A DNA stretch of 64,000 bases from positions 256,001-320,000 of the forward strand of contig OZ250150.1 in the NCBI GenBank assembly GCA_965237675.1, in the 5' to 3' direction. Below are positions 30,013-40,414 of the stretch, one piece after another. A program made the translations under genes and the position numbers. The notes beneath the pieces are model-generated. The model worked only from the letters and a program-made list of their open reading frames with translations, searched no databases and was not told the origin of the DNA. The first letter of the stretch is position 1, and the number at the start of each line of letters is the position of its first letter. Source of the stretch: Candidatus Latescibacterota bacterium. GTDB lineage: Bacteria; Latescibacterota; UBA2968; GCA-2709665.

Positions 30013-31234
30013 GTACCTGTTGACTTCTAATACTGCGCGTGCCTATAGTTTGATGTCTCCCCTCAAGACGAAGGAGCCATCGGCATGCCGAAGAAATACG
30101 TTGTACGTCTGACGCCCGAAGAACGGGAGCGGCTGCAGGATCTGGTAAGCAAAGGCAAGACGCAAGCCTACCGAATAAGGCACGCCCACGTACTTCTCAA
30201 GGCCGATGCAGAGGGTCCGGCTTGGCTGGATCGGCAGATCGCGGAGGCCTTTTCGTGCAATCGGTCTACGGTTGAGGGCATCCGGAAGCGTTTTGTGTTG
30301 GAGGGCCTGGATTCGGCCCTTGAGCGAAAGAAGCGAGCCCATCCTCCCACCGAAAGAAAGCTGGATGGTGCTAAGGAAGCCCGATTGATCGCGTTGGCTT
30401 GCAGTGAACCTCCAAAGGGACATAAGCGGTGGACGCTGAAGCTGCTGGCCGATGAACTCGTGGCCCTGGAGATCATCGATAGCATCTCATACCGAACGGT
30501 GCAGCGGACGCTAAAAAAAACAAACTTAGGCCTCACCTGAGAACGTGCTGGGTGATTCCGCCCAAGCAAAACGCCGCGTTTGTCGCCGCGATGGAGGATA
30601 TCCTGGACGTCTATCAGCGGCCGTACGACGCCAAGAGGCCCGTTGTCAATATGGACGAACACCCGGTCCAGTTGGTCAGGGAGACGCGTACTGTGATCGC
30701 AACACGTCCGGGCAAACCTGAACGCTACGACTACGAGTATGAACGTAACGGAACCGCCGTGAACTTCATGTTCACCGAACCGCTGGCGGGCTGGCGCAAG
30801 GTCCGTGTAAGACAACGCAAGACCGCGGTGGACTGGGCCCAAGAGATCAAGGATCTCCTTGATACTCACTACCGTGAAGCCGAAACCGTCGTCTTGGTGT
30901 GTGATAACCTCAACACGCACACGCCCGCGGCACTCTACAAGGCGTTCTCACCCGAAGAAGCTCGCCGTCTGGCCAAGCGTCTCGAAATCCACTACACGCC
31001 CAAACACGGGAGCTGGCTCAACATCGCCGAGATCGAACTCAGCGTCTTGAGCAACCAATGCTTGAAGGAACGCATCCCCGATATTGAATCCCTCAAAGAG
31101 CAGATTTCCGCCTGGACGAACGATCGCAACAACAAAAGCAAGGCTGTCCATTGGCGGTTCACGACCAACGATGCTCGGATCAAACTGAGAAAGCTGTACC
31201 CAGACTACGCGGCGCTTTAGCCGTCAATGGGTAC
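30013..31234 (+). mobile_element. IS630-family insertion sequence
   Basis: Ends tagtacctgttgac / gtcaatgggtacta; TA duplication at 30011-12 and 31235-36; split transposase. Confidence 0.9.
30085..31220 (+). CDS. IS630 transposase (orfA 30085-30540 plus orfB via -1 frameshift at the A8 run 30513-30520)
   Basis: HTH orfA; the -1 frame continues KKNKLRPHLRTCWVIPP; DDE motifs MDE, CDNLNTH, YTPKHGSWLNIAEIE. Confidence 0.9.
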
Positions 31235-31988
31235 TAGTCATTCACATTCATTCTTTAACAATTTTGCAAATCTCGTAGTCGTCAATGTTGTCTCTCAGTT
31301 GTTCTGCATCCCTAAGGTATTTTTCCTTTTCTGCAATAAAGTCACACCACTTTAATGAGTATATGTAGCTGGATGCGCCAGTATACACAGGATTGTCAGA
31401 TTTATGGTTTGGGCAACTGTTAAATTTGGGATTCTTTACATTAAACATATTGTCTCGTAGTATTTGAAACAGCTGGTTAGTGCATAAAGTTCTGCAGTGG
31501 CAATTTGAACAGGTGTCATCTTCAATATAGTAACCGTAGGAGGACGATCGATCCGGCAAGACTACAGCCAATATACCGTTTGTGCGACTCGTTCGACCAC
31601 CACGTGAGATTTCCTTAAGAGAGTAGGAGATTTCCCACGGAATCCATTGATCGGATTCACTTTGGTATTCGTCTCTCATATTGGGCGAAATCAACACGAG
31701 TGTGATGCTGCTATCGTAAATCTTGTCTTTTAAATGAGTAGCGATTGTATCATCCTTGAATTCGCTCAAGTCTTCATTTCCTTCTCCTTTGTATATTTCA
31801 TCGCCTTCAAATAAATCCACTATCTCATCCACATATGCGCGAGCAGTGGTTCCAGAGTTGAGGGGCTGCACAGCATCATCGTGATTAGCGACATTTAGAA
31901 ATCCGTTCTAACGACAATTAAAATTCCCGGTATGGCAAGCGGTTCGTAAACTAACCCAGACCCCTTCCCCAAGCGATAGGAGGGCTGG

Positions 31989-33479
31989 ATGGTTACGGAC
32001 CAGCAAGTGAGGAGACTCATGGCGCTGATCCCGAGAGAACCGACGTTGTGCTTGGCAGCAGCAAAGGCCGGGATGGACGAGAAGACGGCACGAAAATACA
32101 GGAGGTCAGGTCAGTTACCCAGCGAGGTTCAAGCCCCCCATACGTGGCGGACCCGTCCAGACCCATTCGCCGAGGTGTGGGGCGAGGTCGTGCTGCTTCT
32201 GGAGGTGAACCCGGGGCTTCAGGCCAAAACGGTGTTTGAGCACCTGCAGCGTCAGTATCCGGGTCGGTTTTCGGATGGCCAGTTGCGCACGTTACAGCGC
32301 CGCGTGAAGGTGTGGCGTGCCACAGCCGGTCCTCCTCGGGAGGTATTTTTCCCTCAGGTGCACTATCCCTCAGACCGTTGCCAGTCGGATTTTACGTGTC
32401 TCAACGACCTATGTGTGACCCTCGGTGGCTTGCCTTTCGATCATTTGGTCTACCACTTCGTGCTGATGTATTCCAACTGGGAGACGGCCTCCATCTGCTT
32501 CTCCGAGAGCTTTGAGAGCCTCAGTGGAGGGCTGCAGCAGGCGCTTTGGGAGCTTGGCGGCGTGCCCCGTACCCACCAGACGGACCGGCTCAGTGCGGCG
32601 GTTCAGGACGTGGGGCGCCAGGAGATCTTCACCGCACGTTATCGGGCGCTGCTGTCCCACTACGGCCTGGAAGCCCGTGCGACCCAGGCTGCCAGTCCTC
32701 ACGAGAATGGCGACGTGGAGCAGCGTCACTACCGCTTCAAGCAGGCCCTGGACCAGGCCCTGATGTTGCGTGGCTCCCGGGCGTTTGACACCCGCAGATC
32801 CTATGAGCGCTTTGTACGCCGTCTGCTTTCCCAACTCAACGCCGGCCGGAAGGATCGCGTGCAGGAAGAGTTGGCCCTGTTGCGTCCCCTTCCCCAAAGG
32901 CGTCTAGAGACCTGCAAGCGCCTGCGGGTCAAGGTCGGGAAAAGCAGCACCATCCGCGTGGTCCACAACGTCTACTCGGTCAACAGCCGCCTGATCGGGG
33001 AGACGGTGGATGTGCGTGTCCACACCGAACACATCGAGGTTTGGTATGGCTCCCGCCGTGTAGAGCGCCTGCCCCGGCTGCGTGGGGAAAGCCACCACCT
33101 GATCCAGTACCGGCACATCATCGACTGGCTGGTGCGTAAGCCCGGCGCTTTTGAAAACTATCGCTACCGTGCGGACCTGTTTCCCACCAGCCGCTTCCGG
33201 ATGGCCTACGACAGCCTGCGAGCCCATCATACCCCACGGCGTGCCGACAGTGCATATCTGCGCATCCTCCACCTTGCCGCCAAGGAGAGCCAAACCAAGG
33301 TGGAACAGGCCCTTTGTCATCTTCTGCGACAGGATAGCCTCAAAAGCGCCGAAGCCGTCGAAACGCTCATCGGGCAGCAACAAGCCGACGTGCCCATCAT
33401 CCCCGACGTCGCCATCCCTTCGGTAGATCTGAACCCCTACGATGGGCTCCTGCACCCACTGGAGGTGGCCGCCCGATGA
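31989..33479 (+). CDS. istA: IS21 transposase IstA
   Basis: HTH, QSDFT, TDR, ENGDVEQ integrase core; inside the IRs. Confidence 0.92.
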   Translation: MVTDQQVRRLMALIPREPTLCLAAAKAGMDEKTARKYRRSGQLPSEVQAPHTWRTRPDPFAEVWGEVVLLLEVNPGLQAKTVFEHLQRQYPGRFSDGQLRTLQRRVKVWRATAGPPREVFFPQVHYPSDRCQSDFTCLNDLCVTLGGLPFDHLVYHFVLMYSNWETASICFSESFESLSGGLQQALWELGGVPRTHQTDRLSAAVQDVGRQEIFTARYRALLSHYGLEARATQAASPHENGDVEQRHYRFKQALDQALMLRGSRAFDTRRSYERFVRRLLSQLNAGRKDRVQEELALLRPLPQRRLETCKRLRVKVGKSSTIRVVHNVYSVNSRLIGETVDVRVHTEHIEVWYGSRRVERLPRLRGESHHLIQYRHIIDWLVRKPGAFENYRYRADLFPTSRFRMAYDSLRAHHTPRRADSAYLRILHLAAKESQTKVEQALCHLLRQDSLKSAEAVETLIGQQQADVPIIPDVAIPSVDLNPYDGLLHPLEVAAR

Positions 33480-34240
33480 GCACCGATCGTTTGCGATCCG
33501 ACCTGGTGGGCTGTCTCAAGACGTTGCGCCTGCCCACCATACGGCAAGCCTTTGCACAGCAGGCCGAACTGGCAAGACGGGAAGGACAAAGCTATGAGCA
33601 CTATCTCCTGGACCTGCTTCAGCAAGAATGCGAGGTGCGCCAACACAACCGCACCCTCCGCTTCCTACGCGAGTCGAAGCTGCCGTTGGAGAAAAGCCTG
33701 GAGATGTTTGACCGCACACGACTGCCCGCACCCCAAAACGCCCTCGTCGCAACCCTTGTGGACGGCGCCTTCCTCGACCGCACGGAAAATGTGCTCGCCT
33801 TCGGGCCCCCCGGCAGCGGGAAAACCCATCTGCTTTGTGCCATCGCGCAGACCCTCATCCATCAGGGACGCCGCATCCTGTTCACGCCCTGCAACCTGCT
33901 GGTACAGGAACTCCTTCTGGCCAAACGCGATCTGCGCTTGCCACGCCTCCTCAAACGCTTTGCCAAATACGATGCCCTCCTCCTCGACGATATCGGCTAC
34001 GTCCAGCACAGCCGCGAAGAGATGGAAGTCCTCTTCGCCCTCCTGGCACATCGCTACGAGCGAGCAAGCGTCATGATCACTTCAAACCTGCCCTTCTCCG
34101 GATGGGAGGCCATCTTCAAGGACCCTATGACCACCGCCGCGGTGATCGACCGGCTCGTGCATCACGCCATCATCATCGATATGAACCTCAAAAGCTACCG
34201 ACTCGAACACGCACAAAAATACCACAAACATCACCACTGA
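33476..34240 (+). CDS. istB: IS21 helper ATPase IstB
   Basis: GPPGSGKTH, LLLDDIGY, ITSNLPFSGW, AVIDRLVHH. Confidence 0.93.
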   Translation: MSTDRLRSDLVGCLKTLRLPTIRQAFAQQAELARREGQSYEHYLLDLLQQECEVRQHNRTLRFLRESKLPLEKSLEMFDRTRLPAPQNALVATLVDGAFLDRTENVLAFGPPGSGKTHLLCAIAQTLIHQGRRILFTPCNLLVQELLLAKRDLRLPRLLKRFAKYDALLLDDIGYVQHSREEMEVLFALLAHRYERASVMITSNLPFSGWEAIFKDPMTTAAVIDRLVHHAIIIDMNLKSYRLEHAQKYHKHHH

Positions 34241-34446
34241 TCGGGAATTCTAATTGTCGTTGAACAGAAAAAATAGTTGACGTTAGTCATCATCGCTGTG
34301 TTTATAGGAAACGAAAATCTTTCTTGCCACGCCTTTGTTCTCCCAAAGTGCGCGTATGTTTTACTCTGAACTACACGATCGACCCATCGGAAATCTGCCG
34401 ACCGCCCTGATTTCACTCCCGTCAGGCGATTGAAGCCCGTTTTCGC

Positions 34447-35583
34447 TCACGACCCTCCCAGAACCTCCCGTAAGCGCCCACTGACCACGCCCAGGTCATC
34501 GTCCGTCAACGTGGGCACCGACACATGGAGCGCGTTTGCGCTATCCCCCAGCACAATGCTCGGCCGGCCCTCCTGCAATTCGGCCTGGATCTGCGATAGG
34601 GATTTTCCCAGGGCCTCTTCGTCGAACCGGATCAGCAGCCCATTGCCGAGCCCACGTTTTTCCGTTACATGCTCGACCTCGATGTGAGGAACTCCGTCCA
34701 GTGCGCGCAGGATTTCGTCGGCCTTGCGCCGGTGATCGGCGAAGCGCGCGTTGTGGTCCATTTCGAACCATTCCTTCAATGCGGCCGTTACGGCAATCAC
34801 CTCCTGGCGGTCCACCTTCAAGGGGCGGCCGACCGTGCGCGGTTCCTCGGTTTCAAATCCGATAAAACCGTGCACGAAAGCCGCATCCACCAGGTCTTTC
34901 CGTCCGCACATAATCCCCGTGGAGTTGCACGCGCCGAAATATTTCGCGCCATACCCCACCAGGTCCGCGCCCATCCTGGGGTACCGGCACATGGCGTCCA
35001 GCGGAAACACCTGGGAGGCTGCATCCACGATCACGGGAACGCCACGGTCCCTCGCAATGGCCATGGCGTCCTCCAACGGGACAACGCCCACCCCGCCCCC
35101 CGGCGCGACATAGAGCAACCCGGCCGTGCGCTCCGTCATCGCCGCATCGAGTTGCCGCGCCGTCGTGCCCTCCGCGTCTCCCGCCTCCACCAGTTTTCCG
35201 CCAAAAATCGTTACACAGCGTTCGTACTTGTACCGCTGACCGGCCTGAATCAGAAACTCGTCCCGCATCCCCGTGGTGTCGGGCAACCGCTCCATCTTGC
35301 CTGGATCGTCTCCCGTCATGCACGCTGCCGATCCGAGCGCCAGCACCGAGGCGCAACCGGGCGTGACCAGCGCCGCCTCGGCCCCCAACATCCCGGCAAT
35401 CACCTCGCCCGACCGCTTCAGCAGTTCCTTCATATCCACAAAGTACCGGTTCGCATCCTGCATGGCCTGCCGCACCCCGGGAGACAGGCGTGAACCGCCC
35501 AGTACGGTCTGGCTACCCATCCCATTGATCACAGGGTTTACCCCCAGGTCTTCGTAGATCCGGCGTCCTCTTTCGCTGTCCAT
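34447..35583 (-). CDS. SelA-like / DgaE-family PLP-dependent enzyme
   Basis: LGVNPVING.G..T.LGGS, VIVDAA, GAKYFG, GRPLKV. Confidence 0.75.
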   Translation of the reverse strand: MDSERGRRIYEDLGVNPVINGMGSQTVLGGSRLSPGVRQAMQDANRYFVDMKELLKRSGEVIAGMLGAEAALVTPGCASVLALGSAACMTGDDPGKMERLPDTTGMRDEFLIQAGQRYKYERCVTIFGGKLVEAGDAEGTTARQLDAAMTERTAGLLYVAPGGGVGVVPLEDAMAIARDRGVPVIVDAASQVFPLDAMCRYPRMGADLVGYGAKYFGACNSTGIMCGRKDLVDAAFVHGFIGFETEEPRTVGRPLKVDRQEVIAVTAALKEWFEMDHNARFADHRRKADEILRALDGVPHIEVEHVTEKRGLGNGLLIRFDEEALGKSLSQIQAELQEGRPSIVLGDSANALHVSVPTLTDDDLGVVSGRLREVLGGS

Positions 35584-35718
35584 ACACACCTCTTATTTGG
35601 CAAATGATTCGCGCGAAAACTGAAAAATCGGCGGCTCCCTTCACCGCTGATGACGCCGACAAGATAGCTTTCTTATAATTGCCGATCAATTCCTTTCTGT
35701 TCACGGGTAAACCAACAA

Positions 35719-35744
35719 AGGGCGACCACAAGGGTCGCCCCTAC
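35719..35744 (-). repeat. GTAG-type REP element
   Basis: gtaggggcgacccttgtggtcgccct: GTAG foot followed by a palindrome. Confidence 0.7.
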
Positions 35745-35808
35745 GTATCATTGGAAACCGGTCAGGCGATTCCGCGATAACGGACTCCCCGGCAGCCCCG
35801 GGGCGACG

Positions 35809-35922
35809 TCATCGCTCGCCAATGGGTTTCCATCGCCGGGCCGTCGCGCCATCGTATTCCGCCCGCGGCCGGATGATCCGATCCTGCGCCGTCTGCTCGA
35901 GTCCATGCGCCGTCCACCCTGC
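35809..35922 (-). pseudogene. C-terminal relic of a citrate synthase
   Basis: AGWTAHGLEQTAQDRIIRPRAEYDGATARRWKPIGER*. Confidence 0.7.
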
Positions 35923-35925
35923 TCA

Positions 35926-36385
35926 GGCGCGTCCACACGGTGGGGCCAGTGAACAGGTCGAGGCCTTCTTTCGCGAGATGGAGAGTCGACCCGACATCCG
36001 GCAGGCCATGCTGAACAGGCTCAAGCGGGGCGAAGCCCTGCCGGGATTCGGTCACGTTATCTACCGGGACGACGACCCCAGGGGCAAACTGCTGCTCCGG
36101 CTGCTCCACGAATCCTGCGGGTACCACCCCGACGTGCGCCTCGCGCTCGCGACGGTCCAGGCCGCGGCCGAAATCACCAGCCTCCCGTACAATATCGATC
36201 TGGCCCTGGCCACGCTCGCCCGCGTCCTCGACCTGCCGCCCGGGGGCGCGATGACGCTGTTCGCCCTGGGCAGAACCGTGGGCTGGATCGGCCACGCCAT
36301 CGAACAGTACCGGATCGGACGGATCATCCGCCCCCGCGCGCGGTACGTGGGTGAACTCCCGGAGGAAACGACGTCAATCCGGTAA
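35926..36385 (+). pseudogene. C-terminal fragment of a citrate-synthase-family protein
   Basis: HGGA, LPGFGH.IY...DPR, NID, FALGRTVGWIGHAIEQY...IIRPRARYVG; no N-terminus. Confidence 0.75.
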
Positions 36386-36463
36386 GCCATGCAAAATGGG
36401 GATCCCGTTCCCGAAACACTCCGAGGAATCCCCAGGTTGTTCGCGTCGTCGATTGTCGATACT

Positions 36464-37573
36464 CTATATCCCCGGCCGGCTGCCCGTCCCGTACCCCACG
36501 AGTTCTACGTACCCGTGCCCCATTGGCTTTCCGTCCGGGTCGGTGATCTCCACCGCCCCCTCCCAGTAAAACAGTGATTTCATCAATGCGCTGCGATTCT
36601 CCTGGTCTGCCATCACCGGCCGGATCAGCATCCGAAGGCCCTCGCCGGGCAACACGACCTCCCATCTTGAGGGATAGACCGCATCTGTCTCCGGACTCTT
36701 CCAGGTATCCGTTGGCCGTACGGAAAACTCCTCCGGCGCCAGGTAGCGCGCCTCACCCGAAGCCGCGACCATCGTCCCGCGGGAGAAATCCACGGCGCCC
36801 GACGTGTCCCGCAACACGTAAATCATCGCCTCCCGCCCGTCGTCAAGCTGCAGGCTGAACCAGTCCCAGCCCACCTGGTGGGCTTCGAGTTGGTTCGACC
36901 CGAACTCCTTGTCCATCCAACTCTGGCCCGTTACCGCCAATCGTTCGTCGCCCAGCCTGATCTCGCCCGTTGTCGCAAGCCGCGTAAAACTGTAATACTG
37001 GCTGGCCGCCGCCTCTCCCTTCCCTTTCCTGCTGTACCCGCCCGGCCCCTGAAACACCATCGGCTTTGCCGGTCGGGTGGAAAACGTGAATCCCGTACGC
37101 TGCCGATTGTCGGTCATCGAAAAATCGTATCCCTCGCCGTTCCAGCTAAGCGTCCAACGCGCCTCGGTACCCGCGGGGCCCCGGCTCCACGCGATTAACG
37201 AATCGGGATGCACGCCAAACCCGCCCAGCAGCGGCACTGCCCGGTATATCACCTCGCTGAACAGGTGCCTCCCCGAGGCCGGATCGCTGATGGCCGCGTG
37301 GCCCATGATCAGATTACCGGTCGCCCATTCCGACGCCAGGGACGGCCGGTGCGTCAACAACCCGACCCTGAAGAAGGTGAATTGGTACCCGAAGCGCCGG
37401 CCATCTTCCGACGTCAGATGTCCCGTAAAGTACCACCACTCCGTTTTGTATCCGTCCCGCGCCCAGTGATCGCGGGGAAAGTCCCAGGCGTAATCCCGCC
37501 GCGCGGCCTTCCACTCCTCAGCGTGGACCACATGGACGAAAGCAAACAGGCAAAAAGCGAGCGCAACCCTCAT
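36464..37573 (-). CDS. AttH / CrtC-like lipocalin-fold secreted protein
   Basis: Signal peptide; FPRDH, EWWYFTG, SQYYSFTR, WMDKEFGS, GWDWFSLQL, YWEGAV, GYVELVGY. Confidence 0.85.
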   Translation of the reverse strand: MRVALAFCLFAFVHVVHAEEWKAARRDYAWDFPRDHWARDGYKTEWWYFTGHLTSEDGRRFGYQFTFFRVGLLTHRPSLASEWATGNLIMGHAAISDPASGRHLFSEVIYRAVPLLGGFGVHPDSLIAWSRGPAGTEARWTLSWNGEGYDFSMTDNRQRTGFTFSTRPAKPMVFQGPGGYSRKGKGEAAASQYYSFTRLATTGEIRLGDERLAVTGQSWMDKEFGSNQLEAHQVGWDWFSLQLDDGREAMIYVLRDTSGAVDFSRGTMVAASGEARYLAPEEFSVRPTDTWKSPETDAVYPSRWEVVLPGEGLRMLIRPVMADQENRSALMKSLFYWEGAVEITDPDGKPMGHGYVELVGYGTGSRPGI

Positions 37574-37617
37574 TCTGTCATTCCACAGGGGGGCGCGCTT
37601 CAATTTCACGTTCGATT

Positions 37618-38250
37618 TCAAGATTCGAGTGATCGGTCCTCCGACAGTTCTTCGAGATTTGTCCGGACGACGACCGTACCCGCAATAAAGTCATGGATGG
37701 CGCGTCGGTTGCGGTTCGTGAGCATGGTGACGATTTCGGCAATCCACCAGGTAAATAGGACCAGGAAAGTCCAAATTGCGACTGGCGACATTTTGCTGCG
37801 GGGCAGTTCATTGCTCATCGTCACCAGTTCATACATCACATAGACCCCCATCGGGATCAGGATAATGATGGGGATGCTATCCCGAAGGAGGGCATGTCTG
37901 AATGATATGGCGTCGTCGGTTCTGGCGTCGACGATCCGCACGCGGGTGACCATTTTGCCAAGCGTTTGTCCGTACAAGCTGTGAAGGCAGATCGTATAAA
38001 TCCAGGAGCCTGCAGTCTGGACCAACAGAACGGCCGCGAACAGCCATATCGGGATATCGAGTCGCTGAATGTATTGTAAACTCTCGCTAAAGGGCCATAA
38101 AACCAGAAGATCGATCCAACCTGCCCAGAACCTTGGCCAGAACGTGCGATACCGATTCTCGAAAGCAACTGCGCATTTCTCATATCGCCACAAGACGATT
38201 AATGAGATTACCAACAATAGGACCAATGCACCTGGACCGGTAACGGTCAT
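37618..38250 (-). CDS. RDD family membrane protein
   Basis: FWPRFWAGWID, GQTLGKM, RRAIHDFIAGTVVV. Confidence 0.85.
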   Translation of the reverse strand: MTVTGPGALVLLLVISLIVLWRYEKCAVAFENRYRTFWPRFWAGWIDLLVLWPFSESLQYIQRLDIPIWLFAAVLLVQTAGSWIYTICLHSLYGQTLGKMVTRVRIVDARTDDAISFRHALLRDSIPIIILIPMGVYVMYELVTMSNELPRSKMSPVAIWTFLVLFTWWIAEIVTMLTNRNRRAIHDFIAGTVVVRTNLEELSEDRSLES

Positions 38251-38271
38251 CCGGATTCACCCTTTTCTAGG

Positions 38272-38423
38272 CCCGTGAAGCCTTCCCGCCCACGGAGGAT
38301 GAGCTCCCGGACGTCTTCGAGATTCGAGAGATTCATCCTCCGGGGGTTCTTCGAGATTTGTCCGGACGTTCACTGTGTCCGCGATAAAGTCGTACAAGTC
38401 CCGACGCCTGCGGTTCGCGAGCA
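38272..38423 (-). pseudogene. Mosaic of duplicated 3' ends (CehA/McbA end plus RDD end)
   Basis: 38272-38319 matches 38741-38788 at 42/48 nt; 38320-38423 resembles 37621-37724. Confidence 0.7.
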
Positions 38424-38497
38424 ACGAGGTCCGATCCCGTCGGGCATCCCAGTCGATGAGTTCAGAAGTTCAAACGACCATATTGTCCGACTCTTTA

Positions 38498-38719
38498 TCA
38501 GATGGTCTTACGTGACTCCAACATGCTGTTGAGCCTCTTGTCGAGCCCCATAATAGCGGCCTGAATCGCATTGACCTCGCGCTCCTCGAAGTATGCCTCA
38601 CCGCATTGGTCGCAGACCCAGGCAGGGACTGTGTCGAGTACAAGGTGATACCCGTTGCGGTCAACGTGGAATGGCGCTTTCGAGCGTTTCATCTGCCCGC
38701 GACAGTGGATACAGTTCAT
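38498..38719 (-). CDS. YgiT-type zinc finger protein
   Basis: MNCIHCRGQM...VPAWVCDQCGEAYF; ATGA overlap with the upstream gene. Confidence 0.8.
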   Translation of the reverse strand: MNCIHCRGQMKRSKAPFHVDRNGYHLVLDTVPAWVCDQCGEAYFEEREVNAIQAAIMGLDKRLNSMLESRKTI

Positions 38720-40173
38720 TTTGATCTTTCCCTTACCAGCCCCGCGAAGCCTTCCCGCCCGCGGAGGAACAGTTCCCTGACGTCTTCGCGCTGCCGGTCG
38801 GTGTTGTATCGACCCCACGTGTCGATCCACTTCAGCGAATCCTCGATTCCGTTCAGGAAATAACGGGCGGAATCGTCTCTTTCGGCGGGAGGGCGTCCGC
38901 ACGAAAAATAAACCGGACTGCTGTGGGCGTAGATGGACTGGTCGAAGCTGTCACGCCGGTCACCCCATAGCCGCGCGGCGATCCAGCCATCGCGGTCGAC
39001 CTCCACGCGGTGACGGATGGCGCCTTCGCGTTTGCCTTCAACATCGCCCTCGCTGTGAATCACGCGGCCGTTCATCACGATTTCCGCGCGGTGAACGGGA
39101 TAGAAGGAGGTGAACCTGGATTCGATATCGAGCGATCCCCCGCTGGGCAATTGAACCGTAGATCCCATCGGCTGATCGTTGACGCTCAGATCGATGGCGG
39201 GACCATTGGTGATGAAGGTATTGCCCGCCTTCATGCCGGCGATCCAGTTTTCGTAGGAGAAAGTATCGCTGGTGTTGACGTACACCCTGTTGTTGGAGCA
39301 GACGAACCAGTCCGTACCGGTGGATGCGGGCAGGCGGATGCCGCAATTGAGGAGCTTGTACCAGAGATCGTACTCGGGGTCCATCCAGAAGGGATCGAAG
39401 AGATTGAAGGCGTCCAGTTTCCCGAGCACCGCGGCAACCGGAGCCTCCATCCCGCGGCCGTTGTGGCACCAGATGACAATGCCGCCCTGGTCGCGGGCTT
39501 CGTCGCAACAGAAGCACAGGGGTGGATAGTCCGGGTCGAACTGCGCGGTGAGGATGTGGCCGCGGCTGACGGGCTGGATGAGATTGCGGATATTGAGAAA
39601 CATCACGTGTCCGTATCCGAAACCCCAGGGCGAGTGCTCGCCGTAGTGACGGTTCTCCTCGCCGATATCCAGGACGTGATGCGCCGTCGTAAAGTCGTTC
39701 ATCACGCCGATGGGATATTTGTTGCTGGCGTATGGCAGCTGCCTCCTGTCCAGAACGCTGACCACGGTCACGTTGTAGCCCTCTACGCTGCAGTCGATGG
39801 CCAGCCGGTCGTCCGGGCGCGTTTCCTTTTCGTCGTAATGTATGTGCGTGTTGCCCGGGTACCAGTTGTTCTCCTGTGGGAAATACCATCGGTTCAGGAC
39901 AATCTCGACGTCCCTTGCGCCGTGTTCGGGCATGTCGACCACCGTCCGCAGGGGCTCGTATTCCGTCCCGCGTTCGACCAGAACGTCGGTGCGTCCACGC
40001 CCGGCCCGAACTTCGAACGCTCCGTCGCTGAAGAAAAACGGCGTGCCGGGGCCCCGCTTGAGCATGGCCTCGCGTGGATGCGTAAAACGGCCGTCTGAAG
40101 TCAGGACGTGAACCTTGGCGCTGATCTGTTCACCGGTCGCGCCGTCGATTATATGCCCTCGCAAGATGCCCAT
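38716..40173 (-). CDS. CehA/McbA family (PHP-like) metallohydrolase
   Basis: ERGTEY, WYPGNTHIH, GEE, WYKLLNCGIRLPASTGTD, TFITNGP, AHSSPVY. Confidence 0.8.
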   Translation of the reverse strand: MGILRGHIIDGATGEQISAKVHVLTSDGRFTHPREAMLKRGPGTPFFFSDGAFEVRAGRGRTDVLVERGTEYEPLRTVVDMPEHGARDVEIVLNRWYFPQENNWYPGNTHIHYDEKETRPDDRLAIDCSVEGYNVTVVSVLDRRQLPYASNKYPIGVMNDFTTAHHVLDIGEENRHYGEHSPWGFGYGHVMFLNIRNLIQPVSRGHILTAQFDPDYPPLCFCCDEARDQGGIVIWCHNGRGMEAPVAAVLGKLDAFNLFDPFWMDPEYDLWYKLLNCGIRLPASTGTDWFVCSNNRVYVNTSDTFSYENWIAGMKAGNTFITNGPAIDLSVNDQPMGSTVQLPSGGSLDIESRFTSFYPVHRAEIVMNGRVIHSEGDVEGKREGAIRHRVEVDRDGWIAARLWGDRRDSFDQSIYAHSSPVYFSCGRPPAERDDSARYFLNGIEDSLKWIDTWGRYNTDRQREDVRELFLRGREGFAGLVRERSK

Positions 40174-40414
40174 AAAGATCTCCGGGGGGTGGTATGTGGT
40201 TGATCTCAGAGTGATTTTTCTCGTGTCAGGCGATACGCCGGATCGTTACGTCACGAGACAAGATAGGCCAAACTTCCGTATTGACGTACGACGGATTTCC
40301 TCCCCTTCAAGCAATTCGCACACAAATGGAGTCAATTGTCTTCGCGAAAATTGCGATGCAGCCGTCGTCCACCGATATATGCGTACCTGGATGCGCAGGT
40401 TGCCGCATGCCAGC

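Larger units (their letters stand above)
31882..34289 (+). mobile_element. IS21-family insertion sequence (2408 bp)
   Basis: TG...CA ends, imperfect ~48-bp IRs (aacgacaatta.aattcccg), 6-bp TSD TCATCG at 31876-81 and 34290-95. Confidence 0.92.
31248..34330 (-). pseudogene. Second TIR domain gene (DUF1863-like) disrupted by IS21
   Basis: Removing IS21 and one TSD restores MARKIFVSYKHSDDAVQPL...SSITLVLISPNM...QWIPWEISYSL in frame (GTG at 34330). Confidence 0.85.

Noticed and set aside
28830-34330. Canonical Thoeris or CBASS
   Set aside because: No SIR2-SLOG or Macro ThsA and no CD-NTase seen.
34447-35583. Naming this gene selA because selD is nearby
   Set aside because: At about 380 aa it is shorter than SelA and fits the SelA-like/DgaE group better.
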